From the NCBI GenBank assembly GCA_965644265.1, contig OZ286472.1, positions 55,366,001-55,430,000 of the forward strand: a DNA stretch of 64,000 nucleotides, read 5' to 3'. Position 1 is the first letter of the stretch. Every line of letters begins with the position of its first letter. Below are positions 12,431-24,884 of this stretch, in pieces. A program made the position numbers and the translations under genes. The notes under the pieces were generated by a model. It saw only the letters and a list, made by a program, of their open reading frames with translations, was not told the origin of the DNA and did not search any database. The stretch comes from Glycera tridactyla (Eukaryota).

Positions 12431-12870
12431 GAAGTCTGTCAAGCTTAATCGTGGTGGGTACGTTTTTCATCCTGGCATCATGATTTCGCATCATATTGGA
12501 ATGAGACTGGCTGACATACTTTGTTGACATCTCCGACGACTAGAAATGGGATCACCGCGAGGTTGCCTTGTTTATTTCACCTTAGAACACAAAATATGTC
12601 AATTTCACGCTGGTTTTACGAGTGCGGCAGCCATATCTTCACTGTTTCACATACAAATACACACCGATAATGCCGGCGGTTTTGTCGAAAAAATGCAATG
12701 AAATGATGGCGTAACCCTCTTCTAAAGCATGCAGACAACCCGAGACTAGGTTCGATAATCGGCGGAAGACCTGTTCAATCCATTCATGCCATCAAAAGTC
12801 AAATCAGACGAAAATTGATGAAGTTAGCATCTGAAACGTACCCGCCACATTTGGATTTGACAGAGTTTAG
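12431..12870. mobile_element. CpG-rich MITE with ~34-bp imperfect TIRs
   Basis: AAGTCTGTCAAG..GGTGGGTACGTTT versus AAACGTACCCGCC..TTGACAGAGTT; a related terminus occurs near 2960-2998; exact ends uncertain. Confidence 0.55.
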
Positions 12871-15800
12871 CGATGCTTGCATTTGATCAAACCGCAGTAC
12901 TTGAGAGAAGGGAAGCACGAGGTTCAGTGAATACTCAACCAATATGTTCAATTATGGACTGCCAACTTCGAACCAGCTTTACAATTATGGGTGTCCTATG
13001 TGCGACTAGGTGGAAGGTTGGTGTTACAGGCAGGTTTGACTATACTTGCAGTGATGCAGGCTATGGCAACTGGCCTACTTCGTGCAGGAATGGCCTACTT
13101 TATGTAGTCTGAATAACCTAATAACACACAAACAAGGTAACCCTCTCTGATCGAAGCCGCAGCCGGCTGGTCCCATGACTGTAGACACAGACTTGAATCT
13201 GCATCTTGGCACCTCTTGAAAGCCTCACAGGAGATCCTATTCTATTAAAATTTCTTTATGCACCATCATCTATTGATTGATTAATTAGTTGAATTTTGAC
13301 AGTATGTATCAAGCGAAAAGATTATGTATGCCATGCATTCATGATTCATGGAAGCAGGATGCTCTGTCCCCGTAGGCATCATTCTCACAACCCCTGAACA
13401 TAGAATAATGGGAGACCAGAAACATTGTGGGAATATTTGACAGTTCAGACACCCCTCTGGGAACCTTCTATTGACTTGAACAAACCTATCAATGGTATGT
13501 CTAACGACAGAAGAACCTGTATTCAGCAACCATTCTTGGGAAGCCTGAAAGTGGTCGCTACAGTGGTTGTTTACTACAGGTTCCACTGTATGTAACTGGC
13601 AGGAGACTGACAATCGAACCAGACCATCATCTAATGAATTGTGAATAATGATTTACAGCATGTTTTGTACCAGAGCCTTAGGAAACATTGATCTATGAAT
13701 CCTTATCCCGGAGCATAAATTGTGTTAAAGATACCTACAGTTGTAAACTTGCAATAGCTTACGTCCAGGCTGGGCGATCATAAAGAAAACATCTGAAGTG
13801 CTTTCCACCGATGACTGACTGGTAAGTTGTGCTCAAAGGTGTGTCTCAGTTGCCAGAAATGGAGAGATCTCCATCACTCGGGCTAACCGCGACTTATGTT
13901 CTCCCACCTGAAAAGCCTTTTCTCCTCGACTCATACATCCTGATATTTCCCGCCGAGCAGATTTATGTAAGAAGTGACTTAACAGCTCCACCCATCACCA
14001 TTTTTGGAGCCTTCAGACGAGCCTCGGGCAGCTGAGGGATCAATTCACTAATCACAGGTGCTGCCCAGAGCTGATGATTTAGCAGTCTACAAGGTGCGAT
14101 GCCATGGGGACTGGGGACCTCTGAAGTGCTGTAAAGTTGAAGAGCGAGGAGCGTTTCATCAAAACACAAGTATGATAGATAACAATGAACTCATGGTCAG
14201 TTGATCCATGAATTTCAATGAATCGATCCCTGTTTCTCCACAGGCTAATATATCTAAAAGAACGACTCATGGGTTGGTGCTCAGCATTCAGATGAGTATC
14301 GACTATTTTATGGTCAAAGACTGGATTCCCATAAATTCATTTCATCTTTTAAATCTAAAATGATGCTATATTCATTGGGTAAACACTTTTCGAGAAAAAG
14401 AGAAAGAAAAAATATTACATAATCTTCTCTCAAATACATTTGTTTTATTTAGGATATATATTTCTTCGAAATGCATCATTTATGAAGTGACTGTGGACAT
14501 TTAAGGGATATTGGCACTATATAAATCACCATCAGTGTCTTTATGATTACGATTATTATCTTTATTGAGATGGATATACCACGGTTCAAAATATATCATC
14601 CTGACAATACTACATCATTTTAAGGTAACATTAGTATGTCACTTAATGTAGATAGTGAGGCCATAGTCATTGTCAATGACTCCCAAGATGGAATGATTGT
14701 TGCTATGACATACTGACATAATTCTGGTACATCTGCTTTACATTAGGGCAATTGAATGTCAAATGAATGGCAATTGAATACCAAATCCTACATAAATACA
14801 GGGGAGACTGTCTACAAAAGCCACCTTTCTGCATTTTCTGCATTCACACTAGTCATTAGCCAGTTAGCTATGATTAAGGAAATCTACCAAGCAATAGCCA
14901 AACCTGTTGAGCACACATAGCCATGTTTATTTGTAATTTTATGTACAATTTTGGAGCAGAAAAACAGATGTTTCATGATTGGAACTCGAGATACACCAGT
15001 TTGAAATGAAAGTGATGGCAAAACTAAAGTCATCATAATGCCTTTAGCAAGGCATCAATTGGTTCCTTGGCGAACATTGTAAGTACTACTTTAGACAAAT
15101 TCGCAAAAGAAAATACTGTCATAGCAATTTGACTTACGCCCCAGATGCCCATAATTACTGATCAGAAATTGAATTCACCAAATTTTTATTTATTCTTGAC
15201 AAATTTTGAAATGAGATGATGAACGGATGTTGGCCGAGACCTTCTCAGTTTGAAATAAATTTGGAAAGTCCCAAAATTTTATTGACCCCCGTGGTCACTG
15301 TCTACCCCAAAAGCCCAACATCCAGATGGAAAAAAGGTAGGTTGTAGCCAAATGAGAAAGAGTGAAACCCTACTGTAGCTATTCCGGGGTTAATGGGTTC
15401 TCACTCAAGTATCCATTTACCATCGGCTTGAAGAGAAATCGCTCAAACAAATCGCCTCAATGGGATCTCCTAAATCACAATCCAAGGAGACTAGAATCTG
15501 GAATGTGTCATCAGGGATTCACTGCCACCGGCAGGAATAGCCAGCAGATGAAAACCACCCTCGTTAACTCTCATTACTTTCAGCAAATCGTTTTTAAGCG
15601 GCAACTCGGCGGATAAAAACAACTTTGCTTGAAGGTGGCTGAGACGTGGCATAACCAACTCAGATTTCAAAAGATAGCAGTTCCTTTTATTTCATACCTG
15701 GGAGTACATGTATGTACTCTACAGTGATGCTAATGAGTTGAAGCTACATTTTCGGAAATATAGTCGCGTCTTTTTAAACTATCCTCACATTCTCAAAAGT

Positions 15801-17658
15801 ATCTATTCTGAAACTTCCAGCCAGCAAGATTGCTGCAATTTCTGAATGTCAATTTTCCAGAACATTTGCATCACTGACTCTATAAAATCATATATCAGTG
15901 TATATGTTCTGGCTTCCTCTGATCCCAACATATAATGATCACTTTTTATTTCACTGTCCAGTTTTCTAATTAAAGTGTGATATGTGATGAGATACTGCCA
16001 TAAATGTTACACAGATGTGATCAGTACCAACAAAAAACACTTGAATAATGCATGAAGCCTAGTTTCGCAAAGTTTTCCTGAAGTATGCAAATCTAAGCGT
16101 CGACCAACAAAAACATAGCCTTCACTGAAGGCGGACCTCGTCTCAACAAAGCCAACTCAAACACCGCGAATATATGTAACAACTCATGCTGTGGAAATAA
16201 ATTTTCAAACAAAGGTTGGATCTATCAGCTGATGCTCATCCGAAGTCACGTCTGGTTCACATTTACATTTTTGTCCCCAAAATCAAGCAAGGTTGTCATC
16301 GGTCCCCATCCATTGCAGGCATTCAAGAAGGAATGCTATGAAAGGCATCTGTGTCAAGTTTAGTGTGTGGCTAGGGGCAGCGACAATCTTTAGGAAAAAT
16401 CCATTTCTGAAAATCCACTTTTGTCCCAAAAGTCGATCAGCATTGTCAGGAACCCTGATCCCTGGCTGGCATTCATTAGGGAATGATACAAATTGCATCT
16501 GTACCAAGTTTGGAGTGGCTAAGGACAGCCAACATCTTTAGAAAAGTCCATTTCTGAAAAACCAATTTTCCCCCCCAAAAGCAACCAGTCCTGTTGGGAG
16601 ACCCCCATCTATGGCTAGCATTCATTAGGGAATGCTATTAAGTACATCTGTACCAAGTATGGTGTGGCTACGGACAGCCAACATCTTGAGAAAAGTCTAT
16701 TTCTGAAAAAAACAAAACAATTTCCCCCCAAAAGCAACCAGTCCTGTTGGGAGACCCCATCTATGGCTAGCATTCATTAGGAAATGCTATTAAGTACATC
16801 TGTATGGACAGCCACTTTCTTTAGAGAAATACATTTCTGAAAAACCAATTTTCACCCCAAAACCAACCAGGCCTAATGGGAGACCCCATCTATGGCTTGA
16901 ATTCATCAGGGAATGCTATTACATACATCTGTACCAAGTATGGCAAGGCTACGGACAGCCACCTTCTTTAGAAAAATCCGTTTCTGAAAAACCAATTTTC
17001 ACCCCAAAACCCACCAGGCCTAATGGGAGACCCCATCTATGGCTAGCATTCATTAAGGAATACTATCAAGTACATCTGTACCAAGTATGGTGTGGCTATG
17101 GCCAGCGACCTTCTTTAGAAAAATCCATTTCTGAAAAAGCAATTTACGCCCCAAAACCAACCAGGCCTGTTAGGAGACCCCATCTATGGCTAGCATTCAT
17201 TAGGGACTGCTATGAACTACATCCATGCTAAGTTTGCTGAGGCTACAGACAGCCAACATCTTTAGGGAAATCCATTTCTGAAAAACCAATTTTCCCCCAA
17301 AAACCAACCAGGCCTGTTAGGAGACCCTATCTATGGCTAGCATTCATTAGGGAATGCTATCAAGTACATCTGTACCAAGTATGGTGTGGCTATGAACAGC
17401 CACCTTCTTTAGAAAAATCCATTTCTGAAAAACCAATTTTCCCTCCAAAACCAACCAGGCCTGTTAGGAGACACCATCTATGGCTAGCATTCATCAAGGA
17501 ATGCTATGAACTGCATCCATGCCAAATTTGGACTGTCTATGGACAGCCACCTTCTTTAGAAAAATCCATTTCTGAAAAACAAATTTTCACCCCAAAACCG
17601 ACCAGGCCTGTTGGGAGACCCCATCTATGGCTAGCATTCATTAGGGAATACTATGAAC

Positions 17659-18494
17659 CAGGGTTCATACACGTTTGACGGATATTTTTTCCATAACTTT
17701 TCCAGGACATTTCCAGGACATCAGGCATTTTTTCCAGGACATAAAAATATGTCTAGACAAGGCATGAATGCATGAAAGGCTTGCATGCACGCCGCTCATT
17801 TAGAGGTATCCACATCTATGTGCATGTATTTGTTGGTTTGTGTGTGTATGTGTGTGACCTCACACCCATGAATGCAGGTTCATACACACAAACTCANNNN
17901 NNNNNNNNNNNNNNNNNNNNNNNNNNNNNNNNNNNNNNNNNNNNNNNNNNNNNNNNNNNNNNNNNNNNNNNNNNNNNNNNNNNNNNNNNNNNNNNNNNNN
18001 NNNNNNNNNNNNNNNNNNNNNNNNNNNNNNNNNNNNGCAAATCATCTTGCCATCAAGATGATTGCCACCTAGTGAGTAGAGGTGAAACTACATAACCACC
18101 ATCTAGTGCAGTTCTAAGCAGTAAGTCTCGGAGGCAAACCTTTCTCAAGCTGTCAAAAAGTCTATCTCAAAATTGCCATATCTCCGCTAATATTGGTCCA
18201 ATTTTCACAATCTAAACACCAAAATGACCAGCAGACCAAGATCTTTCTAACGGTGTGGTTGCTTTTTATTCGTCATTCAATTTGAATTTCGCGATGTCGG
18301 CGCATCGCCAATGCCGTGTTTTTGTCATTCTTTCTACCCTAAAACTTACAGAATTTCAGCATTTTTTCAAAATTCCAGGACATTTCCAGGACATTCCTTC
18401 AAAATTTCATTTTTCCATAACTTTTCCAGTCCTGGAATTTGGTTTGGCAATTTTCCATAACTTTTCCAGGATTCCAGGACGCGTGCGAACCCTG
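17659..18494. mobile_element. MITE with CAGGGTTC termini and 5-bp TSD (TGAAC); spans an N-gap
   Basis: TGAAC|CAGGGTTCATAC ... GCGAACCCTG|TGAAC; subterminal TTCCAGGAC repeats; inserted within one 147-bp unit. Confidence 0.8.
17897..18036. other. Assembly gap (N run)
   Basis: N bases. Confidence 1.
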
Positions 18495-19706
18495 TGAACT
18501 GCATCTATGCAAAGTTTGGTGTGGCTACTGACAGCCAACATCTTCAGAAAAATCCATTTCTGAAAAACCAATTTTCACCCCAAAACGAACCAGGCCTGTT
18601 AGGAGACCCCATCCATGACTTGCATTCATTAAGGAATGCTATGAGATCCCTCTGTATCAAGTTTGGGGTGGCTGGGTACTGAAAAACTCACCAGAAATGA
18701 CCAAGTTGATTCATTTCAAAAAAGTGATTTCTTGCCCCAAAATCACCATCTCGCACATATCAGTCTTTCATGGGCAATATACAATCACAGGGGATAAAGA
18801 CACATGTGGAGAATCAACTGCAAACTGAACATGAATAAATCGGATCATCAGAAATAGCTTATAGATGGCTAAGTCCCATCACTTGAAAAAAAAACAATTT
18901 TCATCCCAGAATTTATCAAGCAGAACACTGGGATGCTACCTTGATGATGGCTGGATTCATTAGTAGATGTACTGAAGTATATGCATGCCAACTTCCTTGG
19001 AGCTGGGCACTCTAGTTGCTGAGCAATGGGACTTTAACATGACTTCAACATTGCCCACAATGACAGAGTCCCATCACTTCAGAAAACACAAGTTTCAACC
19101 CAAAATTAATCAAGCAGAACATTGAGATGGCACCTTGATGATGGCTGGATTCGATAGCAAATGTACTGAAGTATATGTGTGCCCAATTATATGGAGCTAG
19201 GCCCTCTAGTTGCTGAGCAAAGGGACTTCAACATGACCTTAACGCAGATGAGGACGCCGACGCCGGAGTGACCGCAATACCTCCCCTCGTTGAGACGAGG
19301 TAAAAATACTATGACACAACACATGCATTTAAAATCTCCTGCCTACTCTTCGCCCTCTCTACACTTATTGTGGCCTGATCATGATGATCTAAAATAAAAA
19401 TACTCGGCATGCAATGAATGCTCTCTCCCCTAATCTGTATACAGTGAAACCTGGAATGTGAGACCTCCTGAAGAGAGATCACCTCCTATGGTCAAACATA
19501 CCTCTGACAAGAGACCACCTCTTTTGAGAGACCACTTTTTCACTGTAGTTGCAGTTGCCCTCTAAAACAGAAATCTGCAACCTGCACAACAATCACATCC
19601 CTGATGTTACTAAAATACAGTATCACGGAAGAGATGGCCTCTATTCAGGAGTATATTTGACCACGTCTGATAGTAGAGCTATCCTGTCAGAAGCATTCTC
19701 ACATTG

Positions 19707-19910
19707 CTCGGTTGCATCCAGGATTTACTAAAATTTGAGAAGAGGGGCATTTCTCTAAGAAATATCTCAAAATGGGTGCACTCAACATGGAATAAGTGCA
19801 ACCTTCTTGCTGATTTAGGGGAACTGTGGCCCCTAATTCCTTTGGAAAGGGGCCCACACTCGACAAAGTGTGTGGAATGCCCCCCCCCCCCACCCCCGGA
19901 TGAATCCCTG
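19707..19910. mobile_element. MITE (GGTTGCATCC family), apparent 5-bp TSD CATTG
   Basis: CATTG|CTCGGTTGCATCCAGG ... GGATGAATCCCTG|CATTG; homologous to 51801-51991. Confidence 0.6.
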
Positions 19911-20350
19911 CATTGGGAGGTCTCTTGTCACAGGTTTTACCATAGTGTCAGGGTACTGACGCTCTGCAGACAACTCTGACTACAGCAGACACTGTATGAA
20001 GCTGCGACTGGTCTTGATCATGATTACACGCAAGGTAGTTTCAGACACACCCTTACACACAATCCATAACACATGGAGCCAGCACTCTGGCACAATATTT
20101 GAAACAAGAATTTGTGTAAGCTTCATGGAATACTTAACCAATGTGTTAAAACTTCCAAGTCCAGGTCAGGTATAGAATGATTCAACATGTACTATAGTGT
20201 CAGTAAAATGTTATAACACTTCACATTAGATCAGGGCTACATTATGCAACCTCACCACCAGTACTTTGGATTTCCACCAAATTTGGGGCTTGTTGGAGAT
20301 GAATATCACATTCATGGATGAAAGAAAGTGTGAAATATTGTGGTTAAGAG

Positions 20351-20659
20351 NNNNNNNNNNNNNNNNNNNNNNNNNNNNNNNNNNNNNNNNNNNNNNNNNN
20401 NNNNNNNNNNNNNNNNNNNNNNNNNNNNNNNNNNNNNNNNNNNNNNNNNNNNNNNNNNNNNNNNNNNNNNNNNNNNNNNNNNNNNNNNNNNNNNNNNNNN
20501 NNNNNNNNNNNNNNNNNNNNNNNNNNNNNNNNNNNNNNNNNNNNNNNNNNNNNNNNNNNNNNNNNNNNNNNNNNNNNNNNNNNNNNNNNNNNNNNNNNNN
20601 NNNNNNNNNNNNNNNNNNNNNNNNNNNNNNNNNNNNNNNNNNNNNNNNNNNNNNNNNNN
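20351..20659. other. Assembly gap (N run)
   Basis: N bases. Confidence 1.
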
Positions 20660-21899
20660 ACATGATTTCTATGGCTAAAAATAATGTGTGTGTGTGCATG
20701 CATGCGTGTGTGTGTTTGTGGATATGTATGCCAGCGTATGTGTGAGTATGTTGGGAATGTATCGGAGATGAAGCAAATTTGTATGCCAGTGGCTTGCTGG
20801 GGTTGAATGGTTCTCCTCCTTATACTTTTCCCATATAGCAGAAGTACGACAGAACTGAAAGATACAGAGAGACTGGGAGGACCATTTCACAAAACTCACA
20901 AAGTGCAATCCAAACTGAAGTAGGTAACAGAATCTATAGCAACTAGGAGATTCTACTTCGCTTTACACGACATTAAGCCTTCAGTGAAACGTTGCTGGGA
21001 TATTTTGTGCAGAATAAGTCGGGAGTGATGGCCACTTCCTCAAGCTTTATTGGGCACAAAGTGCGTAACTTGATCCATTATTGGCCAATTATGAGATATA
21101 CCAAAAGCCACTCTTCCCATGGACGAAAGAAGTGTTTAGTGGGTCAGAGTATATATGTCAGAAGTCAAATAAATTGAGGCCACCTGGCTGAGTTCTTTTG
21201 CAGGTGAATAAATTTGACTGAAATGATCCCAAGCATTTGTTATAATGTTCAAGGCAGGCTATGACATCAAACAACCTGGACATAAAATCTCAATGGTGTG
21301 GAATAATTTTTGTTGGAATGACAATGGAAAATATCAAAATAAATGAGCATTTTTCAGTATGTCAAACGTGACATTTGGGGGAGGGCCTCTTGCACAACTG
21401 TTTATTCATGTCTCATGCTCATAAGATTGCGTACAGTGATGTCGCCTGTGAAGAGAATGTCTTAAATATGTACTTCCCACCGGTTGAGCAGGTATTTGTG
21501 TTACTCTCCGTCAGTAATCATCAACCGAAATTTGTTCTGATTACGCGAGACTTTCCGTCAATTCACACTGTGCAGTTTGAGTGCAGCCAGTTACAAAAAT
21601 ACAACTCTGACTATGTTTGTGACGGAGAATTTATGGATATTGTCTACTTCACTTATGCCTTGCAACCACTTTTGCTACAGTCCCCTCTTGAGGAGAATTG
21701 CAAACCCCTGTCAACTATTTGGAGTTGATTTCCGTCAAATTAACGTAGCTGATCCTCAGTGTGTCACAGCTCATCACATGGATTAGACCTATTTCTTTTC
21801 CGTTACCAATTGGCAGCTAGATGAATGAGTATGTTCCCCCACCCTGCTGAAGTCATTCGGACATCTGGTCACAGATGGCAGAATCGCATATCATGTACG

Positions 21900-22920
21900 T
21901 GATATCATTTATGTTATAATGTAAATATAACATAAATGATAAGAAATGTTCAATCATATCATAAGTTACACTGACACTACCAAACCAGCTGCTTTCCAAA
22001 ACTCACTGTCAGCAATGGCCATTGAATGACTCATGCAGTGCCAACTGTGCATTTCAATCATTTATGTTACATTGACATTGTCAATCTGACATACATGATA
22101 TGAAATGTTCAATTATACCATATGTTCTCACTGACACTATGTCAGTAACACTTGATGGTAGTAGTGAGTGATGCAACTTCTCACTGGTTAAGACAGATGT
22201 GTGATATGAAGACAATGCTTGACAGCTCCAAAGCATGAAAGATATGAATCGGCAAAAGGTCATTCATTAGAACGTTTACACCACAAGTATGGCCAGTAGT
22301 TGCACAAATATCTCATGCAATTTACCAATCCAGCTGCTTTCCAAAATTCACTGTCAACAGTAGCCATTGAATAACTCATGCAATGCCAGCTGTGCATGTT
22401 AATCATGTATGTTACATTGACATGTCAAACATCACGTATGTGATATCACGTGCGTGATAATTTCAGTATCACATACATGATATGAAATTCATATTATATG
22501 TTCTCACAGACTCTACCAAACCAGCTGCTTTCCAAAATTCACTGTCAGCAGCGGCCATTGAATAGCTCATGCAATGCCAACTGTGCATGTCAATCATGTA
22601 TGTTATATGGACATGTCAATATCACATACATGATATGAAATGTTCAAGTATGGCCAGTAGTTGCACAAATATCTCAAGCATTTCACCAATCCAACTGCTT
22701 TCCAAAATTCACCATCAGCAGTGGCCATTGAATAACTCATTCAATGCCAACTGTGCATGTTAATCATGTATGTTACATTGACCTGTCAAATATCACGTAT
22801 GTGATATCACTTGCGTGATAATGTCAATATCACATAAATGATATGAAATGTTCAATTATATCATATGTGTGACTGACACTATGTCAGTAACACTTGATGG
22901 TAGTAGTAAATGATGCAAGT
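21900..22920. repeat. Degenerate tandem repeat (~180-350-bp units)
   Basis: CCAGCTGCTTTCCAAAATTCACTGTCAGCA..GCCATTGAATAACTCATGCAATGCCAACTGTGCATG recurs near 21985, 22330, 22520, 22690. Confidence 0.8.
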
Positions 22921-24303
22921 TGAATATTTGATTAGGAGAAACTACCAGGGTAGTCATTTTAGCACTGTGATTTCATGTTCCACCAGTGGGTCAATGACGA
23001 TGACTGAAAATATGTGAGAGATTGGGATCCAAATTCCAACAGGTGTATTTTTGTATGTTTTTTTTGCTCAGTGCATGTAGTCTAGGTATGACATCAATTA
23101 CTTATGTCCTTTTTGGTTGTGAATAATGACCATAGCTTTTGCAGAATGACATTTAAATTCAGTCAAATATTCACTATAACCACAAACTATATGAAAGGTT
23201 TGTGTTCCTATTTTTGGCAGACCTTCATTTCCAGCTCTGGCAATCATGCATAATGAACCTGAAATTATGGTCCTCCATGGCATATGGATTTAGGAGAAAT
23301 CCGGCATTCCTGAATTTTTTTCAAAATGTCACACCTTTGGCCTCACTTCTACTGTCTTCTGACATATGCACTCCGCAGTTGATACCAAGTATGGATTGCA
23401 TTCTTCATTGGCTTATTTCCAGCAAATTGGGACGTTTCTGTGCATGAAACACCCATCACCCTGAGATATTTCATGAATACAGTGAATCCTGTCCACAGTG
23501 AAATCCTGTCTACAGTGAAAAGACAAATCTGGCCCAAACGTTTTTTTTCTCTCACTATAATTGACCTGTATATAGTGAAATCCTGTCTACAGTGAAAAGA
23601 AAAAACTGGCCCTTGACTCTTCACTATAGACAGGTTTTACTGTAGTTTTTAAGACTCAACAATATCAGTGATATATAACTTGGAACCTGTGATGATCAAT
23701 CACTTTCATCAATCAAGCAACTTCCTAGGGCATTTCCCACCATTCCACATCCAAAACCACACCTGTTGTGAGGGACCAAATGTTTAGATTTGGGGTGCTT
23801 ACTCGTCACAGATTTTCCCCCATATCTTGATGGCACTGTCCCAATATCCCACAGGCACTCTGAACTAAACTAAAGTGATGTGATCTTCTTTATAGAATGA
23901 ATTTTCACAGCACTCCCAGTGATTTACAGATTGGAGGATTTTCAAAAGGGGGTCAAACATGCTCAAGGCAGCCACCCTTCGGAAATTCAAAAAAGTGGCT
24001 GCTCAGGGCAGGTGTATATTTTTGGGCAGGCGAATTATAGTGCAAAAAACTCTTGATGGGAAATTCAAAAGTGGCTGCTTAGGGCAGGTGGCTGCTGAGT
24101 AAAGTGGCTGCTTAGGATAGCAGTGATGCATTTTCGGGCGCATCCTGCTTATTTCATGCACTTCAAATGAAGAAGGACTCATCAGCAAAGTCACTGATGA
24201 GTCCCTGGGATGCAAGAGGTAAATGACACTTCCATCAATTTCTGTGAGCTGAGACGATGACAAACATTAATTCATGAACAAGTGTTTGTCAATGAAATGG
24301 CTA

Positions 24304-24884
24304 CAGAGCTGCATCCAGGAATTCATCAAGTGGGGCCAATTTCGGGCCAATTGGCCCCTATCTGTGTAAAAATTGCGCCAATTCCGAAAAATTGGGGCCA
24401 ACAGAAATACTGAATTTCAGAAAACATTTTCCCCGCCAAAACGATGTCTAGGCCGACCTGGTGATATTCGCGCGATCTTTCTCCAACCCGTCAATAGTTC
24501 CGACTATCGCCGCTCCTGACAAGGGGTGGCGCTGCGAAAATATGTTTCATTCGATGAATGTTTGCCATCTCACGGATATTCGGCGAACTACGCACTCTGA
24601 GGTCGTTTGAAACACGTGAGCTGATTGGCCGAGATCGACTGCTTACGTTTCTACGAGCAAATCAGAATTGAGAAGACAAATCGCCGTCGTCTTCGCACCA
24701 GAGCAATGGCAGCCGCTAGTCAAAACGCCGGATTTTATTAGATTAAACATGACGCGTTCCACTCGTCGAATCGCGTATATATTTTGACGAAAGTGTAGCG
24801 GTTGGCGCACAGTCATATTCGAATCGCGCCAATGTTCGTTTTTTCGCGTAAATCCCGCCAAGGCGCAGCCTGGATGCATCTCTG
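24304..24884. mobile_element. CpG-rich MITE with 16-bp TIR and 6-bp TSD (TGGCTA)
   Basis: TGGCTA|CAGAGCTGCATCCAGG ... CCTGGATGCATCTCTG|TGGCTA. Confidence 0.75.

Larger units (their letters stand above)
16300..18700. repeat. ~147-bp tandem repeat array inside HINE copy 2, interrupted by a MITE
   Basis: Same unit as 6560-7960; resumes at 18495 after the insertion. Confidence 0.9.
16112..19304 (-). mobile_element. Helentron-type non-autonomous element (HINE), copy 2 of the same family
   Basis: Same AACATAGCCTTCACTGAAGGCGGACCTCG start; ends GACGCCGACGCC..GTTGAGACGAGGTAAAAA; same ~147-bp internal repeat. Confidence 0.8.

Noticed and set aside
14079-14270. Possible third PLE tail with hammerhead on the minus strand
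   Set aside because: Only a faint RNRD similarity and a GAAACG; core and stems are not recoverable
24175-24215. CTGATGAGTCC as a hammerhead core
   Set aside because: It is one arm of an 11-bp hairpin (GGACTCATCAG..CTGATGAGTCC) and lacks the GAAA segment
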